Shown: piece after piece, positions 56,931 to 64,000 of the stretch
How positions within the stretch are numbered: position 1 is the first letter of the stretch
Layout of the letters: the number at the start of each line of letters is the position of its first letter
Assembly: GCA_003344405.1 (NCBI GenBank)
Contig: NOWV01000026.1
Coordinates: 310,001-374,000, forward strand
Reading direction: 5' to 3'
From: Trichoplax sp. H2
Taxonomy: Eukaryota
Length of the DNA stretch: 64,000 bases
The notes under the pieces: model-generated
What the model was told of the DNA's origin: nothing
The model's database searches: none
Seen by the model: only the letters and a program-made list of their open reading frames with translations
Program-made: the position numbers and the translations under genes

Positions 56931-59552
56931 TTACGATTCGTCTCCTGCACCTAAACTTTGCAAGAAAGCAGCTTTCTTCTGTGCTACCCTCTCCTTACGT
57001 TGTTCTAAGGTTAATTTCTTTTCATTGAACCTACAGAAAGCAAAATGGCCATTTCAATAAGCCGCAAATAAAAGATCTCAGCGAAACGTGGATTGCATAC
57101 CTCTTGTGAGCTACTTTCTTTTCTTTCTTAGCAAGCGGTGCAGGGTTAGCTCTGATAGCAGAATGTGCACTCTTATACATTTCCTCGACCTAGCGCAAGT
57201 TAGAACGTTAATTCATACATAAAAGCGATCTTACACGAGAATTGAACTTAAACAGTGTCTCTAGTTTAGAGAACACATAACAATTAATGCAATCATATTG
57301 GCTTATTATGTAAAGGAGCAATGAAATGTTCATATGAGAACAAATATTGCCGATAATATCTTAGAGTTTGTAATATATGATATATACCACTATTTAATAG
57401 ACAAAAGTATCCTGTACTAATTACATTACCCAGGTACCGATTTGCCATATCTTATACTAAATACTTCAGAAAAGGATTTTACTAGCATGACAACATCCGC
57501 AATAGCTGCGGTATCATCGAAATCGCTTGCTACCGCAATGTGTTTTCGACTGATTAGCAAGTTCGAATATTTCGCTTATCAATGCTTTTAGAAGCGAAAT
57601 AGATTTACTGTAGCTTATGATTACAAAATAAAAATGCATAACTGCACGTGTTAGATCTCCTAGGAATTTACTAACTAGTACTGTACATTACATCATCAGA
57701 TATTATGGTATTACGGATTAAACAATCTAACTTTCACATACCGAATCTGCTGTAATACCATTTTTGATAAAACGTGAAAATTGTGACTTGTAGGCCTCCT
57801 CATCTTCCCCTTGGAGCTGTCGCATATAATCAGCTACATGACATCCAAAGATGCGGTCCCGATGTACTCCAGCATCATATGAATTATTTTCGTTATCATA
57901 CCCTGGAAAACGCTTATGCCTAAAGCAAGATTCCTTAAGATTAGACGATATTTAACACAATCTAAATAAAAAAAATTCTAAGTGGTAAAGGGTCGTACTG
58001 ATGAGGTATATTTAGGCCACCGTCTACGGCACCCTTCAACGTGCCGAATATACGTGCCCCGGTGGTAGTTCGAGCTAATCCAACATCCAGAAAGCAACGG
58101 AAAGCTCTAGCACCTTCATCTGGTTCTTCAACTTCAAAGTCTTCTCCATCGGGCTCTTCCACACCAACATATTTATCGGCTAAGTTCAATTTTGTTAAAA
58201 CCTGATCAATTTAATACATACTGGTTATAACCTCGGTCCTTCCATCTCAGTGGTGTATGACTAACATGCTCGCTTTCATAAGAAATAAAATTATAGATCT
58301 TACCCTTCGAGCGAGCAATAATCCGGTACAATAACAAGCGGCGTAATTAGTTAAACCAACTTTGATTCCATAACGCGGAAGCTCGTGAGAGTACGCAGCA
58401 CAAAAAATTTCGTCGCCCTCCAACTTAGCACATGCAATCTGATAAAAACAATACGTACAATCAGCAACTTCTGTTACACCAAGCAATGTACTGTATACGG
58501 CTTATTTTGTAAGACTATTATAGAGTAAATTTACAAATATTTGAGCGTTTCACAATGTGTATGTAATATCCGGATCAGAAACTACTCACCAGGTCGATAA
58601 TAAAATGAGTATCACGGATTTGCTATTTTAGGAAATGTTTATTCTAATGCACTATGTATACGCATACACTGTGTAATTCACGGTACTATAGTTACATTTA
58701 TGTGATGCAAGCATCAGCTCAGCGCCAGATAAGAATGTCTAGATGCGATCAGGCGAAAGCCATCACAATAACCATGCAAAATTTCGAAATAGTGCAATGA
58801 TCGAGACGGGGCATAGTGGATTTTATAACAGTAAAGTGCGGCTAATGGGTAATCAAAATTTATAATTGCAGCGCGGTTATGAGCATGCATTCAAAGTACC
58901 TGGCAAATTACATCTTTGTTTGTTAATCGAACAACCATACGATATTTCGGTGAGTTATACTTGTTCTTGTCTTGCGTGCATAGTCGCTTTCGTGCGAAGT
59001 AATCGGTTTTACCCTCTACAAGAATTTTAAAGTTTTCTTTAAATACCCATTCAACGAGGAAGAAGTAATGAAATCACGCCGCCATATCAACTCCAAAATT
59101 TAAAGCGTCACTACTATGCAGTACTGCTACTAGCACGACTTACCTCGTCTGCGCTTGTATTTGACTTGAAATCGTTTAAAATAGGCCTTATTCTTGACAA
59201 CTTTGACGAAAGTCTGTCGATGATAAAACAATTCGCAGATCAACTTCAATTACGTTACATGATAAGGACAGCGATTAACTAGTGATAGACATTTACGAAC
59301 AATTTTGACAGTGAGTAACTAACTTTAATAGCTTATCATACAAGCGCTGTTACGTGCAAGCAGTTTTATACTGCACACTGTACAGTATAACAGGTGAACT
59401 TAATGGCGGTGGCATGCTTTTCTGCAATAGTTTTTACTATCGTAAAATAATCGCAACAATCCGATAATGTATTTCAAAGATTTTATGAAAGAAGCATATA
59501 AATATGATAGTGACAGCATCTTTTTGATAAATGTGGAAAAAAAACGCACCAT
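56931..59552 (-). CDS. RPL5: 60S ribosomal protein L5 (uL18), 297 aa
   Basis: Exons 59552-59550, 59213-59144, 59015-58900, 58438-58304, 58201-57999, 57919-57742, 57189-57101 and 57030-56931 total 894 nt. Protein [30 protein letters not shown]...[11 protein letters not shown]...[16 protein letters not shown]. Confidence 0.99.
58559..58697 (-). ncRNA. Candidate intronic box H/ACA snoRNA in RPL5 intron 3 (sense to the host)
   Basis: Hairpin 58697-58647, ANANNA candidates AGAATA (58645-58640) and ATAGCA (58626-58621), hairpin ATCCG..TACTCAT/GTGAGTA..CGGAT (58619-58568), ACA at 58564-58562; about 139 nt. Vertebrate RPL5 is a known snoRNA host. Confidence 0.35.
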
Positions 59553-59626
59553 TTTGATATTACTTGAGTCCTTCAAAGATCAATCCGCTGATCCTAATGA
59601 TGGCTCCAAAGCGACACGAACAGATT

Positions 59627-59638
59627 AAGAAGAAGGAA
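59627..59638 (-). promoter_or_regulatory. Pyrimidine tract, candidate TCT/5'TOP initiator of RPL5
   Basis: Minus-strand TTCCTTCTTCTT about 75-85 nt upstream of the RPL5 ATG; typical of ribosomal protein genes. Confidence 0.5.
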
Positions 59639-60881
59639 TTTCACTCCTTGAGACGCATGCTTATAGAGGTTTTCTGGCACCAATAACTTGATCTACAGTA
59701 CTGTACTGTGCAGAAGGTGGACAGGCTAGTACTGTACACTGTACACTTACAGTACGTACAGTACACGTTCAAAAATATGATTGAAATACAGCATTATTAA
59801 TATACTGTACAGTACTGTACATTGTAGTATTGTACAATGTACAGTACTGTGCAGTACAGGTCTACATACAGTACAGTACAGTACAGTACAGTACTGTACA
59901 ATGAGTGTACATACTGTACTGTACTGTATACTTGAATTTAATATTAACAAAAAGAAATTAAGTGTTTAGGAACTCGTTGTCACTTGATCTTACCGTAGTA
60001 TTATTAAAACTGGATATAGAAGTACTGTATATACTGTACATTAGTTCGGACGGGCGAGAACCTGTATTTTGTAGTTGGTATATTCAAAGTTTTTACACAC
60101 GATTGTACACCGTACAGTATTAGCAGGCACTAGTATTAGTCTTAGAAGTCCCTGCACTAATGGCTCCGATCGGACAGCAAAGTCAGAAATTGTACAGTAC
60201 TGTANNNNNNNNNNNNNNNNNNNNTTTCACTCCTTGAGACGCATGCTTATAGAGGTTTTCTGGCACCAATAACTTGATCTACAGTACTGTACTGTGCAGA
60301 AGGTGGACAGGCTAGTACTGTACACTGTACACTTACAGTACAGTACACGTTCAAAAATATGATTGAAATACAGTAGAAAGACTATATTACAGTATTACTG
60401 TACAGTACACTGTACAGTAATACAGGTGTACAGTAAAGTCATATTACATATTATTAATACTGTATACTGTACAGTGTACAGTATACAGTACAGTACAGTA
60501 TGACATGTACTGTACATTGTACAATGTACAGTACTGTGCAGTACAGGTCTACATACAGTACAGTACAGTACTGTACAATGAGTGTACATACTGTACTGTA
60601 CTGCATACTTGAATTAAATATTAACAAAAAGAAATTAAGTGTTTAGGAACTCGTTATCACTTGATCTTACCGTAGTATTATTAAAGCTGGATATAGAAGT
60701 ACTGTATATACTGTACATTAGTTCGGACGGGCGAGAACCTGTATTTTGTAGTTGGTATATTCAAAGTTTTTACACACGATTGTACACCGTACAGTACTAG
60801 CAGGCACTAGTATTAGTCTTAGAAGTCCCTGCACTAATGGCTCCGATCGGACAGCAAAGTCAGAAATTGTACAGTACTGTA
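59639..60881 (+). repeat. Near-identical direct duplication (59639-60204 and 60225-60881) flanking a 20-N assembly gap
   Basis: Both copies begin tttcactccttgagacgcatg and end cagaaattgtacagtactgta; Ns at 60205-60224. Confidence 0.95.
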
Positions 60882-61650
60882 ATACCAGCATTGACGTCTA
60901 TTTGATGAAGTACAGTACTGTACAGTACTGTATTGTACTGTACAGTACAGTACTTCACTAGAAGAAGGTACACTACTACCGTACTGTACTGTACAGTACA
61001 CTACTGTACTGTACTGTACTGTACAGTACATTGTACAAACTCTCCAAGCCCGAGAACTTGTAATTTGTAATTGGCAAAGTTTTTACTCAAAACCGTACAG
61101 TACACTGTACTGTATTGTACAGCTCAGTACTGTACTGTTGTGTACTGTACTGTACTGTACAGTATTACTATCTAGAGTTAACACTAACAACTGTATTGAA
61201 AGTTCGTGCTACTCTCACTTAGCATAGAGACAAGAAACTGAAGACGTACAGTAGTTGAAGCTACTGTAAAACTAACTATTAACTCTACTCACTCTTTATT
61301 GTATTGAAAAGGGGCGGCTTATACTGTATACGTACGCCGTTCACACTTACAACGCATTATACAGTACAGTACAGTAATTACAAGTTTGCATAACAGTGAA
61401 TTGCATATACTGTACACTGTACTGTACAGTAGTACTGTATTGCATCGTACAATCTAACAAATAAAGCGTAGTACTGTACAGTACAGTGTACAGTACTGTA
61501 CAGTATAATAATTTACAATACTACTGTATACAGTACTGTACACTGTACAGTAGAGTACAATACAGTAGAGTAGAGTACAGTAGAGTAGAGTACTGTACTG
61601 TACAGTACACTATACTGTACACTGTACTGTACAGTGTACAGTACAGACTG
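59695..61650. repeat. Largest CAGTA/TACTG array, at the divergent RPL5/AK8 promoter
   Basis: Extensive gtacagtacagtacagtactgtac runs, with a GTAGA variant at about 61550-61590. Confidence 0.92.
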
Positions 61651-61732
61651 TAATACACCATCTCTAAATTGTAGCAGTTGTACTGTAATTATCCATTACT
61701 TAGCAACCATTTCAAATACTTTCCTTGTCAAT

Positions 61733-64000
61733 ATGGATGCGACTAAGAGGCCATTGCAAATTCCTCCAGGTTTCTCAACCTACGCTGAAAAACATGGCAT
61801 TTTTCAACTTCTTGAAGTAAAGATATGGCTAATTAAAATTCTATAGAATCTTGCTGTTAATTATCGTTTCATGAAAACTATTAGCATTTTGCATCTTGTA
61901 CAAGTACTGAATGCCAGCAGTGCACTATAATGTTAGTATTTGGGAAATATGCGCATATTAATTTTCACTAACTTGAGTTAAACGTTTATTTCAGCGATTA
62001 CTCCAGAAGATTATTATTACACAACCTGATGATCCGTTAGCCTTTATGACAGATTTCTTGAAACAGGATAACGACAATGGTAATTTATCATTTGTAGAAA
62101 CGTGCGCTAGTAGCTTATTTACTGTACACTAGTATACCGTAAGCTAACAGACACAATATCAAGCGGCAGCCTTCGCAATTGTATAAACAAAGTAAATTTG
62201 TTACGAATGCTACGACTATAGATCATATTGACAGTAAATGATAGAAGTATTTCAGCTTTTAACGATAACTCCTATATCAGTATTTAAGGATTTCGATTAA
62301 GTAGCAATGTTACTGTGCAATTATATGTCGCTATCTTTCATATCCAGAAGACTGACATTATGATTGTACGCTAATTTACATACCTTATAACGTCACTTGG
62401 CTGTTCTTGACTTAAGTTAGTCTATTTTGTCTATGGTCTTTGTCAGCGTCTCTACAATCAGTATACACTATGAACGATTTTACTTTTATCACCTTGTTCT
62501 ATATAATCGTCAACAATTTCCACTTTATAGTCCACAAGATTGTAGTGCAAGGTCCACCTGTGTCCGGAAAGCGGCAAATTGTGAGTATTATACTTGTATA
62601 GTATTTCATAAGTGATCAAATCTAACAGGATTATTATGCAATTATATAATCTTGCTCTAGAGTAAAATGATAGTCCAAAAATTTGGAGTTGTTCATGTTA
62701 CACTACAGAAATTATTCTATGACTCAACACTGTCCGAAGCTAAAAAGGTTGTATAATGAATGGTAAATACAGCATTTACACTTATTGCTTGAAGTTCTAA
62801 ACTTTACTTTATAAATTGAAAGGCCATCGAATATTTGCATGAAAACCAGGTAATTCTAAGATACGACTACATCTGATACTATTACTCTAATAAACTTAAA
62901 GTAATTATAAATTGTGTTATATTATTTAACTACCTTCTTAGCACATTCCATCCAATATTCTCGTTCCAATACTAGAGGATCGATTACGAATGCTCGATTG
63001 TCAGAATAAGGCAAGCTTCTATTTATTAAAATATCGGGTAAATAAATAGACTGATATTAATTATGATAAAAAATAAAATTTCGTTTTATCGCTAGGGATG
63101 GCTTCTTGAAGGATTTCCACAAAATAGGGAACAGGTTGAGCCGCTACCATAAGAATTATTAGAAATAGTTTATTTACTTTACCACTAATTTGAGGTGATA
63201 CTATTTGTAGGCTCTCGCGATGCAAGTAGCTGGAATAATGCCTAAACATTTTGGTAATTTAGTTTTTATTAGGCATTTATTGATGTTATGGCGTTCTGCT
63301 GCTTAACATGTAAAATAAATAGTTCTCGTTATAACTTTTAAATTTGACTGTTTCAGTCTTACTGGATGCGCCAGATGCTGTATTAGTAGAGCGTTGTCTT
63401 GGCAAGCGAATTGATCCCATAACTGGAGGTTTGAGTACTAAATTATTACTTTTATAATAATATTTAGCTGCGCTTATGGAAGCCAGTACTTTACTGATAT
63501 CTGTAACGTATTACTTTGTCTAGATGTTTACCATATCTTATTCTACCCACCTGATGATGCCCTCGTGGCAGATCGACTGGAGCAGCAACAAAACTATAAC
63601 ACTGATGATGTTTCAAGTCGATTAGCTATTTTTCAAAGGTACAACTAACGTCATTCCTGAATAGGTTGCTAGAGTATCAAAATTCGAAAATCAATTTAAC
63701 TGTGACCATACTAATTTATATTGTAGGCATATCGATGGTATCATTGAATGCTATAACAAGGTATCTAAAAAGATCAATGCCGATCAACCGATTGGTGATG
63801 TATTCGCCCAAGGTAATGTTCACCAAAAATACCACTGTAAATATTTTCGTTAAAGCAAGATCTTTATTAATATTATAAAATTTTTTCAATAGTTCTTAGT
63901 TTTCTATGTACCAAATCGAAGTCAAATTCACCATTTACGCCTCGTGTTGTTTTGTTGGGACCTACTGGTAGTGGAAAAAGTACTCAAGCTGATTTACTAT
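61733..64000 (+). CDS. AK8: Adenylate kinase 8 (ciliary; docking domain plus two AK domains), 3'-truncated by the window edge
   Basis: [47 protein letters not shown]-loop [43 protein letters not shown], second P-loop [18 protein letters not shown]. Confidence 0.93.

Noticed and set aside
60205..60224. Run of 20 N
   Set aside because: Assembly gap, not a biological feature.
59639..61650. Repeat-spacer appearance suggesting a CRISPR-like array
   Set aside because: There are no constant-length repeats with unique spacers, the context is eukaryotic, and the pattern is explained by the microsatellite plus the gap duplication.

Overview
AT-rich, intron-dense eukaryotic DNA from an early-branching animal. 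Compact GT-AG introns, vertebrate-like intron positions and CAGTA/TACTG repeats suggest a placozoan such as Trichoplax, but that is an inference. Nine spliced protein-coding genes were reconstructed by hand: a TTF1/DMTF1-like Myb gene (-), a TPC1-like two-pore channel (+), NCS1 (-), a divergent NCS1 paralog (+), FAM166/CIMIP2 (-), SCYL3 (+), CCDC18-like (-), RPL5 (-) and AK8 (+, truncated at the right edge). Eight of them form four head-to-head pairs. Highlights: (1) the channel has an animal-type filter, a near-canonical EF-hand and apparent loss of two PI(3,5)P2-gating residues; (2) palindromic CAGTA pentamer arrays mark essentially every promoter; (3) hairpin clusters with H/ACA-like candidates lie in SCYL3 intron 1 and RPL5 introns 3 and 6; (4) the inverted NCS1 duplicate has an altered EF2; (5) gene content matches human 9q34 and chromosome 1. 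All homology calls come from remembered sequences, not database searches.
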